From Cyanobacteria bacterium auto_48_18 (GTDB lineage: Bacteria > Cyanobacteriota > Vampirovibrionia > Obscuribacterales > Obscuribacteraceae): DNA of 64,000 nt. The stretch is taken from positions 32,001-96,000 of the forward strand of contig JAVHQC010000033.1 of the NCBI GenBank assembly GCA_036170915.1, given 5' to 3'. The notes under the pieces are model-generated. The model was not told where the DNA came from. It saw nothing but the letters and a program-made list of their open reading frames with translations, and ran no database searches. Positions within the stretch are counted from its first letter, which is position 1. Each line of letters begins with the position of its first letter. The translations under genes and the position numbers were made by a program. Shown one piece after another: positions 39,186 to 47,872 of the stretch.

Positions 39186-40064
39186 ATGGCAACTGTAATC
39201 GAGCTTCCAGTAGAACTATTCAAAGGGCCAGTCGATCCAGATTGGTGCCCAGGTTGCGGCGACTTTGCCGTGCTTAAAGGTGTACAAACAGCTGCTGCCA
39301 AACTTGGTATCACTCCAGAAAATCTTCTGGTGGTATCAGGCATCGGATGTTCATCCAACTTGCCTGGCTTCCTTCACGCTTATGGTATTCACAGCTTGCA
39401 CGGGCGCGCTGTGCCTGTTGCAACCGGTGCTCACCTGGCCAACACCGACCTCAAATGTGTCATCACTGGTGGTGACGGCGACGGATACGGTATTGGTATC
39501 GGTCACTTGCTGCACGCTATGCGCCGCAATTTAGATGTTACCTATATCGTCATGGACAACCAGATTTATGGTTTGACCACTGGCCAGACATCACCAACTA
39601 CAGGTACTGGTCAGAAGACAAAATCGACACCGCTAGGCAACCACGAAAATCCGCTCAACCCGCTAGCTCTGGCAATCACTGCCGGCGCTACCTTCGTTGC
39701 TCGTGCTTTTTCTGGTGAACCTAAACACATGGCTGACACCATCGCTGCTGCTATCGAACACAAAGGCTTCTCCCTTGTAGATATCTTTAGCCCTTGTGTC
39801 ACTTATAACAAGGTCAATACTTATCCCTTCTTCAAAGAACGGGTCTACAAGCTGGAAGATGAGAATTGGGATCGCAGCGATTTCCATGCCAGCCTGGCTA
39901 AGTCATTTGAGTGGGGCGATAAAATTCCTCTGGGCGTGGTTTACCAAACCGATATGCCTACTTATGAAGACAGCGAACTGGCCTTCAAAAAAGGCGCTCT
40001 TGTAAAACAATCACTGAAAACAGATCCAAAAGTCTGGGCCGGTATTGTCGAAGAGATGATCTAG
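39186..40064 (+). CDS. korB: 2-oxoacid:ferredoxin oxidoreductase subunit beta
   Basis: WCPGCGD, SGIGCSS, HSLHGR, GGDGD, DNQIYGLTTGQTSPT, SPCVTYN. Confidence 0.93.
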   Translation: MATVIELPVELFKGPVDPDWCPGCGDFAVLKGVQTAAAKLGITPENLLVVSGIGCSSNLPGFLHAYGIHSLHGRAVPVATGAHLANTDLKCVITGGDGDGYGIGIGHLLHAMRRNLDVTYIVMDNQIYGLTTGQTSPTTGTGQKTKSTPLGNHENPLNPLALAITAGATFVARAFSGEPKHMADTIAAAIEHKGFSLVDIFSPCVTYNKVNTYPFFKERVYKLEDENWDRSDFHASLAKSFEWGDKIPLGVVYQTDMPTYEDSELAFKKGALVKQSLKTDPKVWAGIVEEMI

Positions 40065-40107
40065 TCTGCGGGCTAGGTCAAATCCACGAAAGTAGAAAGT
40101 GAATCAT

Positions 40108-40142
40108 GGGGTGGGCGATTGTGACCCACCCCTTATTCCTTT
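40108..40142 (+). terminator. Terminator after korB
   Basis: GGGGTGGG / CCCACCCC stem followed by a T-rich tail. Confidence 0.7.
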
Positions 40143-40456
40143 AAAGCGGGAATGGACGAACAATTTCTAAGATACTGGCTACGCCCGGACGAAATCTCTC
40201 CAGTAAGTAAGACAATCTCTTAGATACTGGCGAACGATTATTTATAGGGCTCTTGTCTTATTGGTAGATATATGAGATTCTTGCTTTGTGAATCTTTTAT
40301 CAGCTTTGGCTATCTTTTAAATATACAAGTGCCTGGGCGCGTTTCCGTTCAGTCGTGAGTTTTAAAAGCTTCTCAAGTGCAGTTTGCGAGATTCAAATCA
40401 GCGTAGCAATGATGTAAAGTAGCTACAGCAAAAATGGCAATTTAAGTGAGGAAGTT

Positions 40457-40777
40457 ATGACTAAGTACAGCCGTATCGGTCGCAGACATCCAGATACTGC
40501 TCCAATTTCACAAGATCAACTTTCGACGTTGAAGCAAAAAGCTTTGCGTCTCAGCGAGATTGATCAGACCAGGAGAGCCTCAGTATGGGACTACTTGTCT
40601 GATATGTGGACCCAGATTACTTACAGCTTTAAGCCCAAGAGCCATCAGTGTCGCATCTATGGTCACACACTACCAAGTGGTGGCTGGCAAGCCGGCCGCA
40701 GACCTAATTGTGGAGACTGCGGTGCTCAAATAAATCATGCCGACGATCTGCGTAAAGCGCTTCCACGCGAATATTAA
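40457..40777 (+). CDS. Small hypothetical protein with C-x4-H...C-x2-C putative zinc site
   Basis: GAGGA RBS; CRIYGH...CGDCG; followed by a terminator. Confidence 0.7.
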   Translation: MTKYSRIGRRHPDTAPISQDQLSTLKQKALRLSEIDQTRRASVWDYLSDMWTQITYSFKPKSHQCRIYGHTLPSGGWQAGRRPNCGDCGAQINHADDLRKALPREY

Positions 40778-40820
40778 TCAGCTTTTCCAACCGAACCAAC
40801 CCACAGAGCAATCGAAAAAT

Positions 40821-40857
40821 AACCGGCCTTGATAGCAATATCAAGACCGGTTTTTTT
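40821..40857 (+). terminator. Rho-independent terminator
   Basis: AACCGGCCTTGATA-GCAA-TATCAAGACCGGTT then T-run. Confidence 0.8.
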
Positions 40858-40897
40858 GTTGACACTATATCTGGTGCCAATCTTTTTGTTTGAGCCA

Positions 40898-40924
40898 TTT
40901 AGTTCGAACCGTTTAGTTCGAACC
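40898..40924 (-). repeat. 13-bp direct duplication spanning the stop codon of the TPR-TonB gene
   Basis: TTTAGTTCGAACC-G-TTTAGTTCGAACC. Confidence 0.85.
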
Positions 40925-42259
40925 TTTTTTGCGCGAGTAGTATTTCTGCGCTTCGGCATAGTGACCGAGATTTGATAACGAATGCCCCAGATCGTCTAAA
41001 GCTTGCTGCTTCAGCTGGACGTCTAAAATTTGTTCGAAATTAGGGGAGTCAACAACTGCTTTCAAGGTAGTTTCAGCCAGGCTGGCTTTCATCGATTTTG
41101 AATATACGCAGCCGAGTTCGCTTAAGAGCATTAAAGTACCAGGGGCGTTGCGGTCGCTAAAATCGGGGCTCTCGAGCGCTCCCTTCAACAACTCAATGGC
41201 TTTGTTGTGTTGGCCTAAAACCATCAATGTGTCTGACATGCGGCCATAAAATTCTGCCAGAGTGGTGGCAGTGTGATTTTTGTCTTTTTTGATCTCATCG
41301 ATGTCTTTCATGATTTTGGCCAGCTGCTTGTTGGCCGCATCGATTTTTTCTTGCGAGTCTGCCACAGTCGCACTGGTAGCCGCAGATGTAACTTGCGTAG
41401 AGTCTATGCTGGCGTCTGACTGCTGGTGATAGTTATAGTCAAAACTAAAAGTCAAATTGAGCTGGTCGTCATCAGCTTTTGAATTGATATCGGCAAAAGG
41501 CTGAGCGGCAATAACGGCGTCGATAGCGGCTTGATCGTTAGCTGCGTTTTTTGACGAATCAATCATGTGCACGTCTTTTACGTAACCATGGTCAACCACC
41601 ATAAAGGCCACGTTCGAACTGTAACTATACTGGCTCCGTGGTGGCTTCCATGCAGCTTTAATTTTGCGACTCATTTGTGAGAGGAAGGCATCAATAATGC
41701 CCTGCCCTTCACTGCGGTACTGAATGGCTTCCTCTTTCTGGCCCATTTTATCCATCAGGTCAGCGAGGAAATTTAAGCGCATACCCAGCAGTGGATGGTT
41801 ATGACTGAAGACAACTTCAGACAGGGCCACGCTTCTTTTAATGAGAGGCAAGGCTTCGTCAAAGCGCTTTTGTTCTACCAGAGTCTCAGCCAGGTCATTT
41901 AAACAAATGGCTACGGTGCCATCGTTCTCAGTAGCTAAACTCTCTGCCAGCCCCAAGGCTTTTCTGTCGAGCTCTTCGGCTTTTTTGTAATCTTTGCGAT
42001 AAAAATAAACCGCGGCCAGAGCAGTGAGAGCTTTTCTCACGCGCTTTTTGTCATCTGAATTTTCAGCCTGACTCTGTAATTCTAAAAATATTTTCTCGGC
42101 CTGGTCATATTGTTTGTCGTCTCGCAACTCGCGGGCGTGTCTCAGTGAGTCATCCCAATTCTTACTGTCGCCTTCGCTCATGGCCGCAAAGGCTGGACCT
42201 GCAAATGATATGAATAATCCGGCTAGAGTTATGAGGGTTATTGTCGAGCTGAATTTCAT
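40913..42259 (-). CDS. Secreted TPR protein with central TonB C-terminal-like domain
   Basis: Signal peptide; TPRs (CLNDLAETL, HPLLGMRLNFLA); SRKIKAAWKPP...SSKNAANDQAAIDAVIAAQPF...FSFDY. Confidence 0.75.
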   Translation of the reverse strand: MKFSSTITLITLAGLFISFAGPAFAAMSEGDSKNWDDSLRHARELRDDKQYDQAEKIFLELQSQAENSDDKKRVRKALTALAAVYFYRKDYKKAEELDRKALGLAESLATENDGTVAICLNDLAETLVEQKRFDEALPLIKRSVALSEVVFSHNHPLLGMRLNFLADLMDKMGQKEEAIQYRSEGQGIIDAFLSQMSRKIKAAWKPPRSQYSYSSNVAFMVVDHGYVKDVHMIDSSKNAANDQAAIDAVIAAQPFADINSKADDDQLNLTFSFDYNYHQQSDASIDSTQVTSAATSATVADSQEKIDAANKQLAKIMKDIDEIKKDKNHTATTLAEFYGRMSDTLMVLGQHNKAIELLKGALESPDFSDRNAPGTLMLLSELGCVYSKSMKASLAETTLKAVVDSPNFEQILDVQLKQQALDDLGHSLSNLGHYAEAQKYYSRKKGSN

Positions 42260-42309
42260 GGCTTCACTGTTTGGGAGTTATCTATCTTCTGTCTGTGCAT
42301 TATAGAACT

Positions 42310-43479
42310 TCAAGCTTTGACTAGACGTACTTTTAATACACCTTCGATTTTGCTGATACTTGTCAATACGTCTTCGGTGACGTCGCTCTCGCAATCGATT
42401 AACGTGCAGGCAATATCGCCCCGTGAGCGGTTCAACATATCAAGAATATTGATATTGGCATTGGAAACAGCAGCTGAGATGCGTTCGATCATGTGAGGAA
42501 TATTGGCATTCGCAATTATCAGGCGATTGTTCAATTGTCCTGGCAGTGACATTTCGGGGAAATTGACTGAATTATGAATGGTGCCTTTTTCAAGGTAGTC
42601 ACGAATTTGTTCTGCCACCATGATGGCGCAGTTTTCTTCTGCTTCTTCTGTGGAGGCGCCAAGGTGAGGCAGTGTGATTACCCGTTCTTGATCTTTCAGT
42701 TGATTGCTCGGGAAGTCACAAACATAAGCGCGCACTCGACCACTCTTAATGGCGTCAGAGACTGCCTTCTCATCAACAATGGCTGAGCGGGAAAAGTTTA
42801 AAATAGTGATGCCTTCTCGACATTTTGCCAGCCGGCGAGCATCGAGTAAGTTTTTCGTGTCTTCTAAAAGCGGCACGTGCAGCGTTATAAAATCTGAAAG
42901 GGCAAGCACTTCGGTGACACTGGCCAGAGATTTTACTTCTGATTGCAGCTGCCAGGCATTGCTGACTGTGATGTGCGGGTCGTAACCGACTACTTTCATA
43001 CCTAAAGAAAATGCGGCGTTAGCTACTCTAACGCCAATGGCACCAAGGCCAACAACTCCCAGCGTACGTCCTGCCAGCTCGATACCAACAAAGCGTTTTT
43101 TCTCAGATTCTACTTGCTTGTCAATTTCAGAATCAGTACCGCTCAGGCTGCGGCTGAAATCCCACGCTGGGCCAATCTGGCGCGCTGCCATCATCATGCC
43201 GGCAATCACTAGTTCTTTAACAGCATTGGCATTGGCGCCTGGTGTGTTGAAAACGGGCACACCGAGCGCGCTGTATTTATCTACTGGAATATTATTGAAA
43301 CCGGCTCCTGCTCTGCCTATGGCTTTGACGCTGGGTGGAATGTTCCATTCATGCATACTGGCCGAACGCAAGAGTACAGCGTCAGGGTTTTGCATTTCAG
43401 AAGAAATCTCATAACGTTCACGCGGAAGGCGCTCAAGGCCTGCCACCTTAATATTATTGAGATTGAGAATTTTATACAT
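42310..43479 (-). CDS. serA: D-3-phosphoglycerate dehydrogenase with ACT domain
   Basis: RAGAGFNNI, NTPGANANAVKELV, GLGAIG, PHLGASTEEAEENCA, NSVNFP; directly downstream of serC. Confidence 0.93.
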   Translation of the reverse strand: MYKILNLNNIKVAGLERLPRERYEISSEMQNPDAVLLRSASMHEWNIPPSVKAIGRAGAGFNNIPVDKYSALGVPVFNTPGANANAVKELVIAGMMMAARQIGPAWDFSRSLSGTDSEIDKQVESEKKRFVGIELAGRTLGVVGLGAIGVRVANAAFSLGMKVVGYDPHITVSNAWQLQSEVKSLASVTEVLALSDFITLHVPLLEDTKNLLDARRLAKCREGITILNFSRSAIVDEKAVSDAIKSGRVRAYVCDFPSNQLKDQERVITLPHLGASTEEAEENCAIMVAEQIRDYLEKGTIHNSVNFPEMSLPGQLNNRLIIANANIPHMIERISAAVSNANINILDMLNRSRGDIACTLIDCESDVTEDVLTSISKIEGVLKVRLVKA

Positions 43480-43519
43480 GATGATTCCTAATAACTACTT
43501 ACTATTGAATATTTGCTGC

Positions 43520-44641
43520 TTACTTTATTTTGTGTGCGGCTTCGAATTCGCTCATAAATTTGGTCAGCGCAGTCACAGCTTCAAGTGTGACTGCGTTATA
43601 GAGACTGGCGCGCATACCACCCACAGCTCTGTGTCCGGCTAGACCGAGCAAGCCTGCAGCGGTAGCTTCTTGTAAAAATTGTTTTTCCAGTGCTGCATCT
43701 TTGAGAGTAAATGGAATATTCATGCGTGAGCGGCAGGAAACAGCAACCGGATTATCATAAAAATCTGATTGATCAATTGTGGAATAAAGCAGCTTCGCTT
43801 TTCTATCATTGAGATCAGCAATGGCTTCCACTCCGCCTTGTTGCTTGAGCCATTTTAAAACCAGCCCGGCGATATACCAGCCATAAGTCGGTGGAGTATT
43901 AGCCATAGAACCATTGGCGGCCAGTGTTTTGTAGTCAAACAGCGATGGTGCAAATGGCACCACGTGACCAAGCAAATCATCGCGCACAATGACAATAGTC
44001 AAACCGGATGGACCAATATTTTTTTGCGCGCCTGCATAAATAAGGGCAAATTTGCTCACATCAACTGGTTGCGACAAAATATTTGAAGACATGTCGCTAA
44101 CTAGAAGAGTGTCTGCAGCCACTGTGGGAGTCTGATGAAACTCAACACCATGAATGGTTTCATTGGCGGTGTAATGCAGATACGCACTGTCGCCTGCATA
44201 TTGCCATGATGATTGCTCAGGTATGTCTCTATATTTAGTGCTTTCACCTGAAGCCACGACATTGACCTGGCAATATTTTTTCGCTTCAGCAATGGCGCGC
44301 TCTGACCAGAAACCAGTATTGACGTAGTCGGCAGAATTTTTTCCGCGCAGCAAATTAAAGGGCACCATGGCAAACTGGCTGGTGGCACCACCTTGCAAAA
44401 ACAGCACTTTATAATTTGCAGGAATCTTGAGCAATTGACGCAGGTCGGCTTCGCTCTCCTCGGCAATCTGGGCAAATTCTTTGCCACGATGGCTCATTTC
44501 CATTACTGACATGCCGCTGCCGTGCCAGTCGAGCATTTCTTCTTGCGCCACCTTTAAGACTGAAGCTGGTAAGGCAGCTGGGCCGGCACCAAAGTTGTGA
44601 GGGCGCAGTTCTAGATTTGTGTTGGTTTTAACGGCAGCCAT
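43520..44641 (-). CDS. serC: Phosphoserine aminotransferase
   Basis: NFGAGPA, EMSHR, LFLQGGA, NETIHG, DMSS, YAGAQKNIGP, NTPP, GHRAVGGMRASLYNA. Confidence 0.97.
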   Translation of the reverse strand: MAAVKTNTNLELRPHNFGAGPAALPASVLKVAQEEMLDWHGSGMSVMEMSHRGKEFAQIAEESEADLRQLLKIPANYKVLFLQGGATSQFAMVPFNLLRGKNSADYVNTGFWSERAIAEAKKYCQVNVVASGESTKYRDIPEQSSWQYAGDSAYLHYTANETIHGVEFHQTPTVAADTLLVSDMSSNILSQPVDVSKFALIYAGAQKNIGPSGLTIVIVRDDLLGHVVPFAPSLFDYKTLAANGSMANTPPTYGWYIAGLVLKWLKQQGGVEAIADLNDRKAKLLYSTIDQSDFYDNPVAVSCRSRMNIPFTLKDAALEKQFLQEATAAGLLGLAGHRAVGGMRASLYNAVTLEAVTALTKFMSEFEAAHKIK

Positions 44642-44768
44642 AGATACCTCTTGGTAAGCTGCGAAAAGCGAGAAAATTCTCAGCGCTTTTAGCTATGCGA
44701 TCGTCTCGCACCTTGGCCTCGAAGGGAAGGGTTTATGAATAACTAGAGGCTAAAATTCACGGTTTTTC

Positions 44769-46298
44769 TTAAAAAGAATTGCTGGGAATGGGCGCCACTT
44801 TTGCAGTCTCGATGGCTGCTGGTACTGCTGGTGGTGGTGCTGCAATCACCGTTGTCGGGCTAACTACCACCACAAAATCAGAAAGCGCGCGCGCTTCAAG
44901 GTGAACTACCACGGCGTAACTTTCAAGTTCAGGCACCGCTTCTTTTAATTTGGCTACAAAGTCATCGTCGGCGCGATAACTCGATTCTATTACTTGCTCA
45001 TGCTGGCAGTCAGCCAGATCGCCACGCTGTTGATATTTGACCACATAGCCTTTTTCTTTCAGGCGTCCTTCTAAGTTTTTTGCTGCCGATTCTCCGCCTT
45101 TGGCGTATTTGATAATCACTGACGGCGCTTTAGCTGCATAGGCGGCGGCGTATTCGGCAGTCAAATCATCGTTGGTTGCGGTGGTCTCACTGGCCAATGC
45201 TTCGTCGCTGGGGTGGCCATGAATAGTGGCTCCGGTGTTTGCTGCAATCACACTAACAGACTGCGGTGCGCCCGCCAAGCGATGAAGCACAAGCGCGCTT
45301 GCTTCTGGCTGCGGCACCCAATAACTGCCACCACTGATAGTGACCGCTTCGCCCGGTAACATGGCAGTCTGAATTTTATTCGGTTGAATTTGTTTGCTGA
45401 ATCCGGCAACTTTGAGCATGTCTTGCACAGTTAGATCGGTGCGCACATACTCTTTTGCCAGTTTGCAGAGTTCTGGCAATTTGAGCAATACTTGTGGTTC
45501 TTCAAGCTTCTTTTTCACCTGGCGCATGAACCACTGTTGTCTTTCAATGCGGCCAATATCACCCTTTGCGTCATGGCGATAGCGCACATATTCTTCCAAC
45601 TGGGCAGCATCTAATTTATTTACGCCAGGTTCAAGCGCGATATTCAAACGACCGGCGCGATCTCTGTAGTGCATGGGTTTTTCGATCAAAATTTCTACTG
45701 GGCCCAATACTTCGAAAACTTTTTTCAGACCTTGCACGTCAATGACAATATAGTGATCAACAGGCACTCCAAAATCTTCGCTTACAGTTTTCACTGCTAG
45801 TTCTGGCCCACCAATGGCATGGGCCGCGTTAATTTTTTCCACGCCATGGTTGTCGGCAATGCGTACGCGTGAATCGCGAGGAATAGAAACCAGCGATACT
45901 TTTTTGCTGTCAGGATCGAGGCTGGCGAGCATCATCGTGTCGGAGCGGCAACCGGTAAAGCGCTCAGTGTCGCGGCCGTTGCTGTCCACACCCATGAGCA
46001 GCACGTTCATGCGGCTGTCGAGCTTGGGCCAGAGGCTGAAATCATTCAGGTCAATCGCTTTGTTGGTGGGCTTTGTTTCGGCAACTGTTTGAGTTTGTGC
46101 CAGGTTAGACGTTTTGTCACCGCCGCTTAATGGTGTTTTGCCATAGAAGGTTTTGATGCCGTCCATAGCCACCAGGCCGATTCCAACCCCAAGGGCTGTG
46201 GCCAGGACCACTTGAAATATCGATAATTGTTTTCCGCCAGCGTTCAAAAAATTGCCCCGACCTGTCCACAAACTATGCCACTGACCTGTACGTGGCAT
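44769..46298 (-). CDS. LCP (LytR-CpsA-Psr) family protein with LytR_C-like tail
   Basis: NVLLMGVD, RSDTMML, SIPRD, KINAA, YVRYRHD, GDIGRIERQQ. Confidence 0.92.
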   Translation of the reverse strand: MPRTGQWHSLWTGRGNFLNAGGKQLSIFQVVLATALGVGIGLVAMDGIKTFYGKTPLSGGDKTSNLAQTQTVAETKPTNKAIDLNDFSLWPKLDSRMNVLLMGVDSNGRDTERFTGCRSDTMMLASLDPDSKKVSLVSIPRDSRVRIADNHGVEKINAAHAIGGPELAVKTVSEDFGVPVDHYIVIDVQGLKKVFEVLGPVEILIEKPMHYRDRAGRLNIALEPGVNKLDAAQLEEYVRYRHDAKGDIGRIERQQWFMRQVKKKLEEPQVLLKLPELCKLAKEYVRTDLTVQDMLKVAGFSKQIQPNKIQTAMLPGEAVTISGGSYWVPQPEASALVLHRLAGAPQSVSVIAANTGATIHGHPSDEALASETTATNDDLTAEYAAAYAAKAPSVIIKYAKGGESAAKNLEGRLKEKGYVVKYQQRGDLADCQHEQVIESSYRADDDFVAKLKEAVPELESYAVVVHLEARALSDFVVVVSPTTVIAAPPPAVPAAIETAKVAPIPSNSF

Positions 46299-46600
46299 TC
46301 AGCGCCAGCGTTTATTTACAACCGCATAGAGACAATATTAGCCTGCATGCAATGCAAACAGATTAGCTATACTGGGTTTCTGCAAACATTTGAGCTAGAT
46401 TTTACCGGTTGTTAGCAGAGGAGTGGCTCAGTGCTTTTATTACCAGCCAGTGCGGCACTTTCCAGAAAGTGTTCAAACATAGCCTGGGGCGCAATTCAGA
46501 GCGCAATTGAGCAAACTAAAGCATTAATTGACCTGCCTGGAGATTCCAAGCGGTTGTCACGCAATGTTAAGGGCGGATATTTGGGCGAAAGGCGGCAACT

Positions 46601-47872
46601 GTGCAAGTGGTAACCGCAACTGACAAGTCAGGCGACAAGGAACGGCTATTTGGCCCCAGCGGCTTTATGGAGCTGGGTGGCAATGTTCTGGTGGTCGATT
46701 TTGGCAAGGTATTTCTTGAAGATACGGTAGTCGGCTTTCTTTACGAAGACGGTTTGCTTAAAAACGGCAGCTCGCAAGAGGCCGAAGATTCACAGTGGCG
46801 GCTCATAGATGACCTGGAAGGCTGTGTTTTCCGGGGTATCGATTCTCGCGGCGTGGAGCTGGTTATTCCCAGTTCTGAATATGGCGGCCCCACCGGCAAG
46901 TTGCAATACAACGGCCAGAATTACAATGTTTTAAACGGTCGCATTGCTACTGAAGAGCACGAACTGGTAGGCGAATTTGACGACACCGGTAAAGTTACCG
47001 TGCGCGATCACCATACAAAAATAGCCCGTCGGGAGCTCGATGAGAGTGCCACGCTAAATTTATATTTTGATGGTGTGCGTTCAGATGGTTCACCATGGAG
47101 ATACGAGTGGGCACGTCCCCTTGTGCGAAAAGACAAATCTTATGGAGAGAACGAAATTATTCGTTATTTCCAAGATTTCGATAAGCTCAATATGAATCAG
47201 AAAAAGTATGTGGTAGACAGCCTCAACATTTGGGCTACTAGCGGCATTCTGCAAGTGGTGCGGAAAAGCGAAGGTAATGCTGCTCTCGGTAACGTCAAAC
47301 ACGGCGCCGCTGGTGTCACTCGGGTTAGATCGGGCATGGTCGATTTAGATGTAGAAGAATTTGATCGAGACATCGATTTGTTCAAAAGATTCGGCGCACT
47401 GGCTGTAGTATCAACACGGGTACAGCCTTATGTCGAAGTACGCATCAATCTTGTGGTATCACATGAATTTGGACACCAGTTGCAATTTTGTCTGTCGCAG
47501 GCCTTGCAAGATCGCATCAACGAGCTCTACGTGGCCAGGCTGAAGAGATCAGTCAAAATGTGTCCCATTCCTACTTCTTATGAAGGTGGTTCAGAAATCT
47601 GCCGCCCCGAATATGTGCCTAATCGCATGTTTATTTCGGGTTACGCTAAAGCGAGTAAATTTGAATATTGGGCCGAAAGCGTGGCGGCTTTTTCAGTGCC
47701 TGAGAGTCGCAAACTATTAAAAGAACTTGATCCTGCCATTCACCGAATTCTCACAGAAGTAGTGCACCATCCAGAAACCGCATTCACTCCCATTTTGACT
47801 GAGCCAATTCTTGATCTGCAAGCGAGTTTGAGGCTCGGCGGTGAGTTCAAAGAGGATTTGCTTACTTGCTAA
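46601..47872 (+). CDS. Putative zinc metallopeptidase (gluzincin; HEFGH plus EYWAE), no signal peptide
   Basis: SHEFGHQL at 47459-47482; ISGYA...EYWAESVAAF...LKELDPAIH, similar to lethal-factor/MtfA-type zincin C-termini. Confidence 0.65.
   Translation: MQVVTATDKSGDKERLFGPSGFMELGGNVLVVDFGKVFLEDTVVGFLYEDGLLKNGSSQEAEDSQWRLIDDLEGCVFRGIDSRGVELVIPSSEYGGPTGKLQYNGQNYNVLNGRIATEEHELVGEFDDTGKVTVRDHHTKIARRELDESATLNLYFDGVRSDGSPWRYEWARPLVRKDKSYGENEIIRYFQDFDKLNMNQKKYVVDSLNIWATSGILQVVRKSEGNAALGNVKHGAAGVTRVRSGMVDLDVEEFDRDIDLFKRFGALAVVSTRVQPYVEVRINLVVSHEFGHQLQFCLSQALQDRINELYVARLKRSVKMCPIPTSYEGGSEICRPEYVPNRMFISGYAKASKFEYWAESVAAFSVPESRKLLKELDPAIHRILTEVVHHPETAFTPILTEPILDLQASLRLGGEFKEDLLTC

Noticed and set aside
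40160..40231. Possible mini-CRISPR (two repeats, 32-nt spacer)
   Set aside because: Only two imperfect 20-bp repeats and no cas genes in the window; kept as a regulatory candidate instead
44642..44768. Riboswitch or leader RNA upstream of serC
   Set aside because: Two hairpins are present but match no motif I can identify; may simply terminate the LCP gene
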